A stretch of 64,000 nt of DNA, taken from the NCBI GenBank assembly GCA_028534125.1, contig CM052818.1:33976001-34040000 (forward strand), in the 5' to 3' direction. The DNA comes from Lama glama. Its lineage: Eukaryota. Made by a program: the position numbers and the translations under genes. The notes beneath the pieces were generated by a model that worked only from the letters and a program-made list of their open reading frames with translations, did not search any database and had not been told where the DNA came from. Below are positions 49,319 through 61,988 of the stretch, piece by piece (position 1 is the stretch's first letter; every line of letters starts with the position of its first letter).

Positions 49319-52300
49319 AAAGAAGAATTCTTGTACCTTGATCACATTCTTACCACCTGTAATTTCATACTTCTGTGACCTGGGGCAACAGGAACAAATA
49401 TGAAAGTGTTCCTCTGTTGAGAGTTTGTGAGTCCCATTTAAACAAATACATCACTAGAAAATAAAACTACTTAGCAGCCATAGAGACAGTCATTATCTCA
49501 CTTAAGATATCTGGGGGCTAGGTGATCCAAGGTCAGCTCAGAGCCTTGATAAGGTCATTACAGATCCTGATCGACCAATAAGTCCATCCTTCTGCCTTGC
49601 CATCCTTAGCATGTTGGTGATGCTTCTACTTGGGGTTTCAAGATGGCTGCTGCAATTCCAGACAATGCATGAAGACATAACTTCATCCAGCGAAGAGGAA
49701 AAGGGGATGATTCTCCCTATGCATCTCTTTAACTTAGAATTGACAGAAAAACTTCTGAATGCATCATTGTAAGACAATGACTATTTTCTATTACTGATTA
49801 TATTAATAATTCTTTAGCAAAAGGAAGGCGGAGCCAGCAAAAGAGAATGGCACACCGTTTTGGCAAACAACAAAATCCAGAAAATTAAGTAGCTGAGGTT
49901 CAGATCCAAGACTGGCTGCTACTTTCAAGATAATTTTTGAACAAGTCTTGGAGATCGATAGCTTCTCTGTATCAGGGATAATATGAAATTTTTGGAGGCC
50001 CAATGTCTACAAGAAAGTTCTTATGAATAACATTGAAATACATTTTTATGATTTAAAGAAAAAGAACAAGAAGAAAAGAAGATATTGAAAAGGTAAAGAG
50101 ATAAAAATTTCACAACAGAATTTCTTTCCTGAATGGCAATCTACACAGTTCACCTTGGTTGGATATACAACCAACGTAACAATATAACATAACTTCTAGA
50201 GTGATGAAGTGGTCTGTATTTTCTGTAAGGATCACAGTGATTCCTGCTGGGAGCACATAAACGGGGTTNNNNNNNNNNNNNNNNNNNNNNNNNNNNNNNN
50301 NNNNNNNNNNNNNNNNNNNNNNNNNNNNNNNNNNNNNNNNNNNNNNNNNNNNNNNNNNNNNNNNNNNNNNNNNNNNNNNNNNNNNNNNNNNNNNNNNNNN
50401 NNNNNNNNNNNNNNNNNNNNNNNNNNNNNNNNNNNNNNNNNNNNNNNNNNNNNNNNNNNNNNNNNNNNNNNNNNNNNNNNNATGTTCATGTACAGGTTTA
50501 TATTTGAACACTAGTTTCCAGTTCTTTTGGATACATACCAAGGAGTGAAATTGTTGGATTNNNNNNNNNNNNNNNNNNNNNNNNNNNNNNNNNNNNNNNN
50601 NNNNNNNNNNNNNNNNNNNNNNNNNNNNNNNNNNNNNNNNNNNNNNNNNNNNNNNNNNNNNNNNNNNNNNNNNNNNNNNNNNNNNNNNNNNNNNNNNNNN
50701 NNNNNNNNNNNNNNNNNNNNNNNTAGGTATGACGTGGTACTGACTTGCATTTCCCCAAAGACTAATGATGTTAATTATCGTTTGGGTATTTGGTTTGAAT
50801 ATTTTCTTTCTAGCAACTAAGTCATTCAACAGATGCCAGTGCTTCTGGTGAAGATGGTGATTGAAACAGATGATAGTTTAGCTGGTGCCCTAGTAAAACT
50901 TTGAGTCTGTACATAGCCAATTCATGGATCAGTGTAGAGCATTCAAATAGATTAACATATACCTAGTGATACTCTTGCCTGTCATTGTAAATGTCATTTC
51001 AGGACATTATGATCATCTCTGAAGGGGACAGGACTCAAGTGTAACTCAGGATCCATACAACATGCTTATAATAATGCCCTATCTCCCTCTGAAGATGAAA
51101 CACATTTGAGTTCCTTAAGCCAATGCATAGAAAAGTTTTATTTAAGACACTCTGGACCATCGTTCTTTGTTTCTCTTTTAAAAAATAAGTAATACATTCA
51201 TATGGTTCAAAAGCCAAATAATCTTAAGAAGCGTACCCTTAAAAGACTCACCCATCCACTCCAGTTCCCCCTCCATCAAGTAACTGCTTTTCATTGTTTT
51301 ACATTTGTGTGTTTCCTTATGTAAATACAAATAGAAATCATATATGTTCTGGGAGCATAAAATACATGCTGTTTTGTATGTTTGCTCATTTCTCTCTATC
51401 TCAGAGATCTTTTCATATTAATGTCACAGCAATATATGATACCTGTTTTCCCATGAGCATGCTGTGAGACTTGGATTTTTTATCAACATGATAGTTGAAA
51501 ATTTCACTGTAGTTTTAGTCTTTATTTCTCTTTATTATTAATGTGCAGCTATCTCTTTATATGTTAAAGGGCATCTGATTCCCTTTCCTGAGACCTATCT
51601 GTTCATATTCTTTCCCTGTCTTTCTATTGGGTTGTTGATCTTTTTCTTATTAATTTCTAGGAGCTCTTTGGATGTTAGTGATATCACCATGTCCACAACT
51701 TGAACTGTAAATACTCTTGTCCAGTTTGTCGCTTGCCTTTTGATTTTGCTTCTGGTGACTTTTGCCTTGCTAATTTTCTCCATGCTACTTTTACATTTAG
51801 AAGTAGAGCAGCGGAGGAGAAGCCAGGAAGGAAACTGAGAAGGAATAGTTGGTTAGGGAACCTAGAAAAGAAAAGTGTTCCAAGAAGGACAGGGTTGTCT
51901 AAAGGGTCAAATGATACTAAAAAATAAAAGCCACACTAAGATGAGGCCATAGAAATGAACATTGGATTTGGCAAAAGGGGGCTATTTCAGAGGTGGACAC
52001 GGACACCTGGCTGGAGCGAGTAAATGAGGAAAAACAATGGAGAGTATTTTTTAAAAGTTTTGTTATGCGGTGTGGCAGAGAAATGTAGTGGATGGGGGAT
52101 ACAGGGTCAAGGGAGGTTTTTTTAGTGGAAGATGCTATACTAGAGAGAATTTATAGTCTGATATAAATGGGAGAAATGATCCAGTGGTGAGAAAAAAAGT
52201 ACGGATGCAGAAGGAGGCTGGTGGAATACTTTTAGGAGGGGGGCCCTTTAGAAGGGTGAGTGGGTAGGATCCAGGCCCACATAGAGGACAAGCTTCATCC

Positions 52301-53384
52301 ATTGTGAGCGTGGGCACAGTTGGGAAATTGGTAGGTGTGGTGGATGGAGGGCTTCCAGCCTCAGTGCTCTTGTTTTCTCATGAAGTATCTGGCAAAGGCC
52401 AGCTGAGAAGTCTCTAGTTGAAAAAAAGAGATGGGAAATAAATGTGTTAGAATGTGGGAAAGGGAACATGTGAGGGAAGGTTGCCACAGTGCTGAGTGCC
52501 CATTTGAGATTTACGGTGAGCATTTCAAGAGAGGCCGGGAGCACAGTTGTGGTTTCACCTCCAGCTGTGACAGTACGCAGTCAGGATGTTGTCAAGCCAA
52601 AACAATGGAGGGGGAGGGGGCAAGGGAGAAGGTGTTAGCAAGGGAGCAACTGTAATAATGAACATGGAATCTGAGATGAGTGAAGAGGAAGCAGAAGGAC
52701 CCGAGGGAAGATGGTTAGTAAGACAGAAGGTAGTAGATAAATCAGAAGTCTCAGTAAGGTGGAAGAAATGCTGGACTGCAAGCACTAGCCTGAGTGAGAT
52801 GGGAGGAGAGCAGATAGGGATCAAAATATCAAATCAGAATGCTTGAAAAAGAGATTTTGGAGACAGTGCAGTTATTGGTGATGATAAGATAAAAAGTATG
52901 AATGTAGGAGTGTGTGGCCACAGCGAGGGAATAGTAAATTGCATAAATTGAGAAGATCAGGAGCTGAGATCCCAAGATGTTGGATAATGCCTCTGGGCAG
53001 AACCAAAGGTTGGCATCTAGAATGTATATATCAGGAAAATCTCATGAGAATATTCTGGCTTAAAGTATAAGTTAAAATAGATTTTTGACTAAACGCCTGT
53101 ATTCTGTTTTATTTAGACACGGATTTAAATAGTGGGAACTATGGAGATGTGTATTTAAGTGGGTTAGGAAAATTATATACCATGAGGTTATTTTGGGGTG
53201 GAGAGCGGGTGGAATGGTTTTATAATAATTCATAAAGCCTGCTAGGGGAAGAACGCTGAAAGATCATGGCCCATTAAGGTTTTCAGCTCATGTTGTTTGC
53301 TCACAAATGATACAGCCTTCTTGTTCGTTTGCTGAGCAAGCTGTGCACATATGTTTACAACCTGGTTAAAAAATCAGCCCTTAC

Positions 53385-53705
53385 AGAGATGTTATTAAAC
53401 ACACACAATACACAACGGTGGCCATAGTAACAGCAGGGCAACTCTGGAGTTTGATGCTCTCAAATTCAGTTTCCTCGGCAACTTTTATGAGCAGAGTCGT
53501 GAACACTTTAGGAAAGATGCCATTTTCCCATATACATTCACAGGAGCAAAAAAAACATCCAGCCAGATAGTGTTCATAAGGGTTGGTGTGACCTTCGTTG
53601 TCCTCTTTGGCTCTGGGTGATTGCTGTGACCATGTCAAGACACCATCGACAATCAACCAAGCAAGGCCATGAGGATCTGTGAACTGTGTCACAGCTCTCA
53701 GCTTC
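53385..53705 (-). pseudogene. 321-bp open exon-like segment, candidate start of the Ras-binding domain
   Basis: tctccccttttaaatag acceptor, CT|GTAAGG donor, phase 2-2, no stop in 107 codons. The end LLIKVAEETEFESIKLQSCPAVTMATVVYCVCL loosely resembles a PI3K RBD start. Confidence 0.55.
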
Positions 53706-55710
53706 CTATTTAAAAGGGGAGAGATGTTCAATGCATTCCTGTTCAGGAGGCAGGTCAGATGCCAAAAGAATTGACATTTGGCTGTAGTGTTGTTTAAGGT
53801 CCAGTTGGGAACACAAAAACCATACCAGTTATTTTTAACAGAGAGAATGGATTATGGAGACTGCAAAAGCCAAAGGGAAGGGCCCAGGAAACATAGAGGT
53901 GGCACCAGAAGGAAGCCCCTGGACACGTGGTGGTTAATAAAGGTAGGAGGTGGGAGTTACAGGATTCCAGTAGCTGGGAGGAGGTGGAACTCAGACCTCA
54001 GAGAAAGTAGTACTGGACAGTTGGTGCAGTTAAGGCGTATTTAGAGACATAATAAAGGCTGGTTCTGAGAAAGGGAAAAAGCTGGAAACTCAAACCAAGT
54101 GCAACTGCCGGAAAAAAAAAATCTTTTGCCACCTCACTCAGGTTAAGAAAACAAATCACAAAACTACTCCCTTCTCTCTCCTCCCAACTTGCAGACTTCT
54201 AGCACTCCCTACTGGCGGAACCTAACATGGTGCCAGCTGGCAAAGAAATACGGTTTGCAGAAGTCCAGTCCTAGCAGCCATGGGGCGTGAATACAAGTTT
54301 CTGGTTTGGGGCCATCCAGGATAATGCTGCTTTGAGCATTTGTGTACATATCTATTGATGTTCTCTGTGCACTCATATTTTGGGAGCATGTATCTAGGTG
54401 TGTACTTGCTGGATTTAATAGATACAGATATTAACCATCTGGTTAATGTGTAGTGGTATCTTTGATTTCAATTTGCATATTTCTAATTACTATTGAAGTT
54501 GACTATCTTTGATCACTTGGATATCTTCTTTAGAAAGATCAAGTCTCTTTCAATCAGACGGTCAGTCTTCCTTTTTCCTTTGTGGGGTTTATTAAGTATA
54601 TTCTTGATACAAACCCTTTTGATTATATGTATATTCTCTCCCAGTCTGTGAACTTGCTTTTTTCACTCTCTCAATGGCATCTTGCGATAAATAGATGTTT
54701 CTAATTTTACGTAGTATAATTTATCAGTTTTTTCCTCTAGGGTTAGTGCTGTTTGTGTCTTCTTTAAGAAATAGCTCCTTATTCCGGGGCCATGAAGATC
54801 TCTTATATTCTTCTTTTTCTATTTTTCATCTGTTTGTCCATAGGTACTGAATTCTAGTAATTTCTTCAGATCTATTTTCCGACTTGTTCTGTTTTCAGCA
54901 GTTGCTAATCATCCACTGGGTTTCTAATTGAAATACTATATTTTTAATTTCTAGAAATTCTGTATTTCCCCCCATTCTACCTGATCATGTTTGACAGTTT
55001 ATTCTTCTGTATTACCTTTTCAAAGTACTCTATATTTCTTTAAACATATTAAACACATTTAATGTATATCCTGTACCTAAAAATTACAATATCCACAGTC
55101 ATTGCAAGTGTATTCTACCACTTGCAAGTTCAGTGTTTCTGCTATCACTGATTTTGGTGGCACATTTCCTTCCGACTTTTAGAATTATTTGTTGCGAGCT
55201 TAAGCCTGTTGGAATTTTATCCATGGGAATCCTTCAAAGCCTGGTTTAAAGTATGTTCTTCAAGAGAAGAATTGTACTTGCTTCTGCATAGAAACACTAC
55301 TAAATGGAGGTTACTTAAATAAAATTGGGGAATTTTGGGGTCCCCCAAATTTTAAGGGCTTAAATATCTGTAGAAGACTCCCTCCCTCACCTCCTGCACC
55401 AAGCCAAGACCTACTGGGACAAGTACTGTTTTCTTTCCTTTGTACACTGAGGATGTTTGGGGATCCCAACAGAGGGTGACAGAGTCTTTGATTCAACTTC
55501 CCATTTTGTACGGTTCCTGTGCTTTGTCTCTTGTCCCCATATTTGGCTTTTTAAAACTCTGGCCTTTGGCACCAGAAATCTGCAGATGCCACCAAGGCCA
55601 TACTGGCTTCAGTGCTGGCTTACCAATTTTGGTTTTATACTTTCTTATCCCTTCTCTTATTCCTTTCCGTTACTTCTCTGCAAGCCCAGCAATGCATTTT
55701 AAAACATTTT

Positions 55711-56410
55711 ATGGTGCAGTTATTATGGAAAACAGTATGGAGATTCCTTTAAAAACTAAAAATAGACTTACCGTATGATCCAGTAATCCACTCCTGGGCA
55801 TATATCTGGAGGAAACTCTAATTCGAAAAGATNNNNNNNNNNNNNNNNNNNNNNNNNNNNNNNNNNNNNNNNNNNNNNNNNNNNNNNNNNNNNNNNNNNN
55901 NNNNNNNNNNNNNNNNNNNNNNNNNNNNNNNNNNNNNNNNNNNNNNNNNNNNNNNNNNNNNNNNNNNNNNNNNNNNNNNNNNNNNNNNNNNNNNNNNNNN
56001 NNNNNNNNNNNNNNNNNNNNNNNNNNNNNNNNNNNNNNNNNNNNNNNNNNNNNNNNNNNNNNNNNNNNNNNNNNNNNNNNNNNNNNNNNNNNNNNNNTAT
56101 TTACAAAACAGAAACAGACTCACAGACATAAAACACACTTAAGGTTACCAGCAGGGTATGGTAGGGTGGAGGGATTAATTGAGAGTTTGGGATTTGCAGA
56201 TACTAACTCCTATATATAAAATAGATAAACAAGGTTCTACTGAATAGCATAGGGAGCTATATTCAATGTCTTGTAATAACCTGTAATGAAAAATAATATG
56301 AAAAGGAATATGTATATATGTATAACTGAAACATTATGCTGAAACCCCAGAAATTAACACAATTATTGTAAACTGACTATAATTCAGTAAAAAATTATGA
56401 AAAATAAAAC
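55711..56410 (+). mobile_element. L1 ORF2 end + 3'UTR fragment (with N gap)
   Basis: atggaaaacagtatggagattcctt...gatccagtaatccactcctgggcatatatc, followed by the L1 3'UTR and an A-rich tail. Confidence 0.85.
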
Positions 56411-58774
56411 ATTAGAAAATTCATCCATCATTTTGATTGTTCCATACTAGGAAGATTTCCTTGTACATTTAGTCCACTATGTTGTCAGATACGGAAGTCC
56501 AATAATTTTTCTTAGAAAATATGTCAGTCATGCAGGAGCCCCATAGAGCAGGTGATTTCTACTTTAGCAGTCAGCAAAATTTTACAAACCCAAGTTTTCT
56601 CTTTCCTGCTGTTTCTTCTTGTTTGTTTAGGGTGTCTCAGGAGACATTCCTGTAAATTGCATGCTTGGGCACAAATAGAATGAAAGTTCCATAAGGACAG
56701 CAATTATTGCACCTGGTTGTGAGATGACCATCCAGGACCATATTAGGCTGGGAGAAAAATAATGACTTTGGGAGAACAGATCCCCTCAAATGATACACTT
56801 CTGTCAAGATCAGAGCCATCTTCTTTCACAGTTTTGCAATTTAGGAAGACCTAGGAGTTGCTTCAAACTAGATGATCTCCCTGGCTGAGGATGTAAATTT
56901 ACTTGAAGATTCTGTTAGAGAAGCCAGTGGGGAAATTTCAACAAAGATGCTTTGTCAATTTAGGTCTTTGTGGGTGACTTCTAGACAATTTCAATTCTGA
57001 CTTTGTACAGAGATCATCCTTGAAAGGCTTTAAAGAAAAAAAAAATCCTTCAGTAAAGATGGTGGGAAGAAACCCCACCAATCTGTGTCTTCTTAAGCTG
57101 GAAGGAACACTTTTCTCCTTCTCAAAGGGCTTTTGGAGGAGCAACTTAGGATTTTTACTGTTCCTGGGAGGGTACTGGTGGCTCTCACTTCTTTTAGTAT
57201 GCAGGAGACCAGCCCCTTTCCATTCTTGGTCTTAAATAAGCATGGCATTAAAAACACTCCATCACTTCACAGATAGTGTTTCTAGCAGCTGCTTTTTGCA
57301 ATATTAAAATCTCTTCTACAAAGAGATGCTGCCTTTCAAAAAAAGGCTATTGAGGCTTCTCCCCCAGCGCCCTGCCTCCATGGCTCATGTATGACAGGAT
57401 TCCCATGAAAACCTGTTTACCCTAGGTCCTGTAGTCATCAAAACACAGCCTAGAATTTCATAATTTTTTAGTAGCACCATTTTCCCCCCACGTAGAGTTC
57501 CACCTTTCAAAGGCACAAGCAAGTGTTCATTTTCTAGTAATGTACAAGAATAATGACTGTCTGAGTCAAAGGCATATTTTTATGACGACCTTCCAAAAGC
57601 AAAATCGGTCTCCCTTGTCTGCCCTTATGTCCAGGGAAATGGTAGTGTCAGCATGTTGTTGCCAATAGGCACCTGGGAAGACTGGTCAAAAGGACCCTCA
57701 CCTCCTCGGCCAGTTGGTGGAATATTACCACTGTGTTGGAGGCACATTAAGCCAGCCCTGGCCTGTGAAGGAAGAGGAGCTTTGCTGACCAGCACTTCCC
57801 ATGTCTGGCAGCCCTCCCAGTGTCAGGGCCAATGGCCTCTTGTGATAAGGCATAGCCCTTCTTGGCAGGCTTGGCACATGCCCACACGTCAGCAGTTTGA
57901 GCTGAGCTTTGCTTCAATTTCTGGTTTATGCGACTGCACTTCTCAGAGCATATCACATCTTGACAGTTTTACATTCACCTGGCTCCCTCCCCAAGCCCTA
58001 GTCAAAGTGTGCCTCTGTAGAGAGAGTGTACCTGTCCCAGGGCTCTGCCAGCCACCGTATAGTTGGCTGTGGTTTCTGGGATGTGTAACACAGAATCTAT
58101 TTTCATCTGACTTGGACCCAGCCCAGAGGTTCTGACCCATTGAAACCTTGACAGAACTGCTGTTATTTAGATGAGCCTAATTTTACCAATGTGTTTTCCT
58201 CTTCCCAGCATCCTGAATGTGGAGGAGTGTTCTTATTCCCATAATTTGACAATTTGTCATTTTTTCCAGGTTAAAAAACACTCAATCATCTTTGCCCTTT
58301 TATAGCTTTTCAGCTAATTCAACTGGTCCTGAGTTCCCGCCCTGTCCCCACGATCTCACCAGTGGCTGGTGGTCAGCTCCTCTGACTTTCCAGCTCCTCC
58401 TGTCGGTTACACGCACTCTTGCCACTCCTGCCCTGGGCAGTTGAGGTGGTCCCTTGTGCTTTGTGTCACTGCTCAGCAGCTGGCCCTAGCTGTGTTGGGG
58501 CTGGGGACGGGGGAGCTCCTCTCCCAACCTGAGGCTGGGGAGGCAGAGCCCCCAGAGAGGGAAAGTTCCTGTCCTCCTTTTCCCAGTGTCTCCAGCAGCC
58601 AGTCCGGGGGTAGGGGAGTAGGAAACCCCCAGGCTCAACAAAGGGGAGATAGATACCCACTCCTGGGGGTTCTCATCATCAAAGCAGGAGCCGTGGTGGT
58701 TCTTTTGGAGGCCACATGCTGGCCAGGGCACAGAGAACTATGGAACCCAGCAGGATAGGTGTGGGCGCAGGCAA

Positions 58775-59725
58775 CTGTTCACCAATGAGGTGGTATGGGA
58801 TGGGTGCCCAGAGAAACAAGGACCAGCTAGATGAGGGAGAGAGTTCAGGGCATCTAGAGTCTGGAGTCTGGAGCTCAGGGAATCCTGGGCTCCTGGGCGT
58901 CTGNNNNNNNNNNNNNNNNNNNNNNNNNNNNNNNNNNNNNNNNNNNNNNNNNNNNNNNNNNNNNNNNNNNNNNNNNNNNNNNNNNNNNNNNNNNNNNNNN
59001 NNNNNNNNNNNNNNNNNNNNNNNNNNNNNNNNNNNNNNNNNNNNNNNNNNNNNNNNNNNNNNNNNNNNNNNNNNNNNNNNNNNNNNNNNNNNNNNNNNNN
59101 NNNNNNNNNNNNNNNNNNNNNNNNNNNNNNNNNNNNNNNNNNNNNNNNNNNNNNNNNNNNNNNNNNNNNNNNNNNNNNNNNNNNNNNNNNNNNNNNNNNN
59201 NNNNNNNNNNNNNNNNNNNNNNNNNNNNNNNNNNNNNNNNNNNNNNNNNNNNNNNNNNNNNNNNNNNNNNNNNNNNNNNNNNNNNNNNNNNNNNNNNNNN
59301 NNNNNNNNNNNNNNNNNNNNNNNNNNNNNNNNNNNNNNNNNNNNNNNNNNNNNNNNNNNNNNNNNNNNNNNNNNNNNNNNNNNNNNNNNNNNNNNNNNNN
59401 NNNGCCCCTGTGCTCACCTCCTGGTTTGCAGGATTGCTTCTCACTTCCTCCCCACTGCCCCTTGCTGGTCTCCTTTCTGTCAGGACAAAGCAGGGTCGCC
59501 TTTCCTGCATGAACTCCCGCACCATCCCTTTGTCTCATGTTCACCCCACTGCTTCCTTTGCTCTGACAGGACCTGCGTGTGGACACCACTGCGTTTCTGG
59601 AGAAGATGAGTAACGGGGTGCTGAGGGGCAGCAGGGACAAGGAGGCCATGGCAGTGGCTGAGGAAGGCTCAGCCCACCAGGGCATCAGCCCCACCTTCAC
59701 CCTCTAGGCGACCTCACTGTGATCA
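58775..59725 (+). pseudogene. SLC5A6: Duplicated 3' fragment of SLC5A6 (last introns + terminal exon, nonsense codon)
   Basis: 58873-58903 equals 30588-30618. Exon copy 59570-59722 differs from 31351-31503 at 8/153 positions, including CAG>TAG at 59705-59707. Acceptor shortened (ctctgacag). Intronic sequence is retained, so this is a DNA-level duplication. Confidence 0.92.
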
Positions 59726-59909
59726 GGCCTCAGGACTTGGGCCTCTGTCCACACTTTGCCAGGCACACCCCCTTCACCCCGAGCCCGTTGTCTCTCAAAG
59801 GCCAGGACAGATTCACTGTGTCTGCCCCAGGCAGAGGGTAAAGCTGTCACACACAGGGGTGTAGGGATGGAGTTAGAGCTTTACTGACCACTGTTAATCT
59901 ATTCCAGAG

Positions 59910-60490
59910 CAGAGATTCTAAACATTTTTGGTCTCAGGACACCTTTACATTCTTTTTTTTTTTTTTAATGGAGGTACAGGGGGATTAAACCCAGGACCTC
60001 ACACATGCTAAGCATGCACTTAACCACTGAGCTATACCCACCCGCCAGGGGTCCTTTACATTCTTAGAAAAGTAGAGCTCTGAAAAGCTTTTGCTTATGT
60101 GGGTTATTTCTACTGATATTTACCATATTAGAAATTAAATAGGGACTTTAAAAATGTTCACTTAAAAGTAACATTAATTAACCCACTATATTTGAATATA
60201 CATAACATTTCAATGAAAAATAATTATTTTCCATATTGGAAAGTATTTAGTGAGCAGAGTGGCATTGTTTTACCTTTTTGCAAATATCTTTCATGTCTGT
60301 TGTAACTGACAGCTGGATTCTCCTATCTGCTTGTGTATTCAATCTGTTGCTGCAATATCACATGGCATAAGGAAAATTCCATTACACTCATGAGGGAGTA
60401 AGAGTGAAAAAGGCAAATAGCATCTTGTATTACGAAAATAGTTTTGGCCACTTACAGCACAGTTTCCCAGACCACACTTTGCATATCTCT
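59910..60490. mobile_element. hAT-Charlie (Charlie1-like) DNA transposon remnant
   Basis: Terminal motifs tttttggtctcaggacacctttaca and gaccacactttg as recalled for Charlie1. Confidence 0.6.
59955..60052 (-). mobile_element. tRNA-derived SINE (camelid-type) inserted in a Charlie1-like element
   Basis: Reverse complement of the same family; perfect 13-bp TSD cctttacattctt at 59942-59954 and 60053-60065. Confidence 0.88.
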
Positions 60491-60491
60491 G

Positions 60492-60712
60492 ATCTGTCAG
60501 CAAACTTTTTCTGTAAAGGGCCAGGACTCCTTCACAGGAACTCTAATTATTTTAGGCCTTACAGTCTGTTGCAGCTATTCAACCCAGCCGTTGTATCAGG
60601 AAAGTAGCCATAGACTGTATGTAAACAAATAGGTGTGACTGTTCTGCAATGAAAACTAATTTACAAAATCAGGGGCTGGATTTGGCCCAGTGGCCACAGT
60701 TTGCCAACCCCT
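60492..60712. mobile_element. MER58A-like hAT MITE
   Basis: gcaaactttttctgtaaagggccag...ggatttggcccagtggccacagtttgccaacccctg. Confidence 0.7.
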
Positions 60713-61823
60713 GATCTCGAACACCATGCTTACAGGGGCCCTTGGTTTAGGCTTGTGCCACAAAAGGGAGAGAACAGTGCCGTCTGACTCATCCCAGTCC
60801 GGCTCCTTCTGGAGGAAGAGAAAAGGAATTTCTCGGACAAGACTAGGTTTTTTATTTCTAATAATCTGGTTCCCAATTTGGTGAAATCTGCAATCTCCAC
60901 CTTAATACTTAGATATCCCTTGGCCAGCTCTGCTTCTCCCATAGGGCATTTGAGCCTCTGCCCTGTGATTCTGCTGCTCCTCAGAAAGCACACGCACATC
61001 CAGCCCCCGGGGAGCTGTCCTCGCCATCACTGCCTCCACCCGCACCTCAAGTCTGCCTTGAGTCACGGGCACCTGGGGATGGGGTGGGTGGTACAAGATA
61101 CCCAAGTCAACCAGCCATCTTTCTCACTCCCGAGCCAGCTACCTGATGTCTTTTGTCATCTGGGCTCCTGTTTCCTTTTGGAATGTCATAGCCCTGTTCC
61201 CAGGGTCTCCCAGTGAGAGGATGTTTTTCTTCCTCTGCTGCAGAGGAAAAGGGGGTTACTCCTGATTCTGGCTCATTTATGAATCCAAGTCTCCAACCTG
61301 ACATTTCCTCTGGTTATTCCCAGTCATCCCCTAGTCCTTCCTTTGGCTCTGCCTGACCCTTGCATCCCTTTTGATCCCTGGCCTGACTGTGCTGGGCACT
61401 GTCTGGCTGGAAGAGATGGCCTCTGGACTCCATGGGGACTGGCCAGAGCACTAAGGAAAGCAGCTTTGCCTGGAAAGATCTAGAGGCTAAGTCTGCCTCT
61501 AGACTTGTAATGATGGCACTTGTCCTTCCCAGCCCTCCACCAGCTGCCTCCTTCTTTGGCCCTCCTTGTCTTCTCTACCAGGGTAATGTGGTCCCTCCAC
61601 CAAAGGATCTGATATCACTAGGCAAAGGCTGGCGTCTGGTGGGGTGGGTAGAGCAAGCTCCAAATCCAAGACTCCTGAGTTATCAAGAGAAGCCCCATGC
61701 TGTGGGGTGACCCCAGTGCATACCCAAAGCCAGCCTTCCCAGTTCCATCCCTGGTCTCAGCCTAGGAGGAAATTCATCTGCTCCTTTTTCAAAGATGCTC
61801 ACACTCAACAAGGAAGATACTGT

Positions 61824-61988
61824 TATTTGGCTTTAAAAATAGAACACTTGAGCTGGACTTTTATGGTCTTGTGAAGAACACTGTGCTCATGGCCACCCAC
61901 ACCTGGTCTCTGCCCTGCCTGGCCCCATCCAGCTGCCCAGAAGCAGCTCTGCACAAGCTCTCCAGGCCCCTCAGCAGAAACTTGGTAG
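61824..61988 (+). repeat. Direct repeat of the SLC5A6 downstream flank 32620-32782
   Basis: tatttggctttaaaaatagaaca...ctctccaggcccctcagcaga is shared at roughly 90% identity by eye. Confidence 0.92.

Noticed and set aside
53520-53570. GCFFCSCEC resembling the prominin cysteine-rich motif
   Set aside because: There is no preceding transmembrane helix and no other prominin features; neighbouring exons fit PI3K instead.
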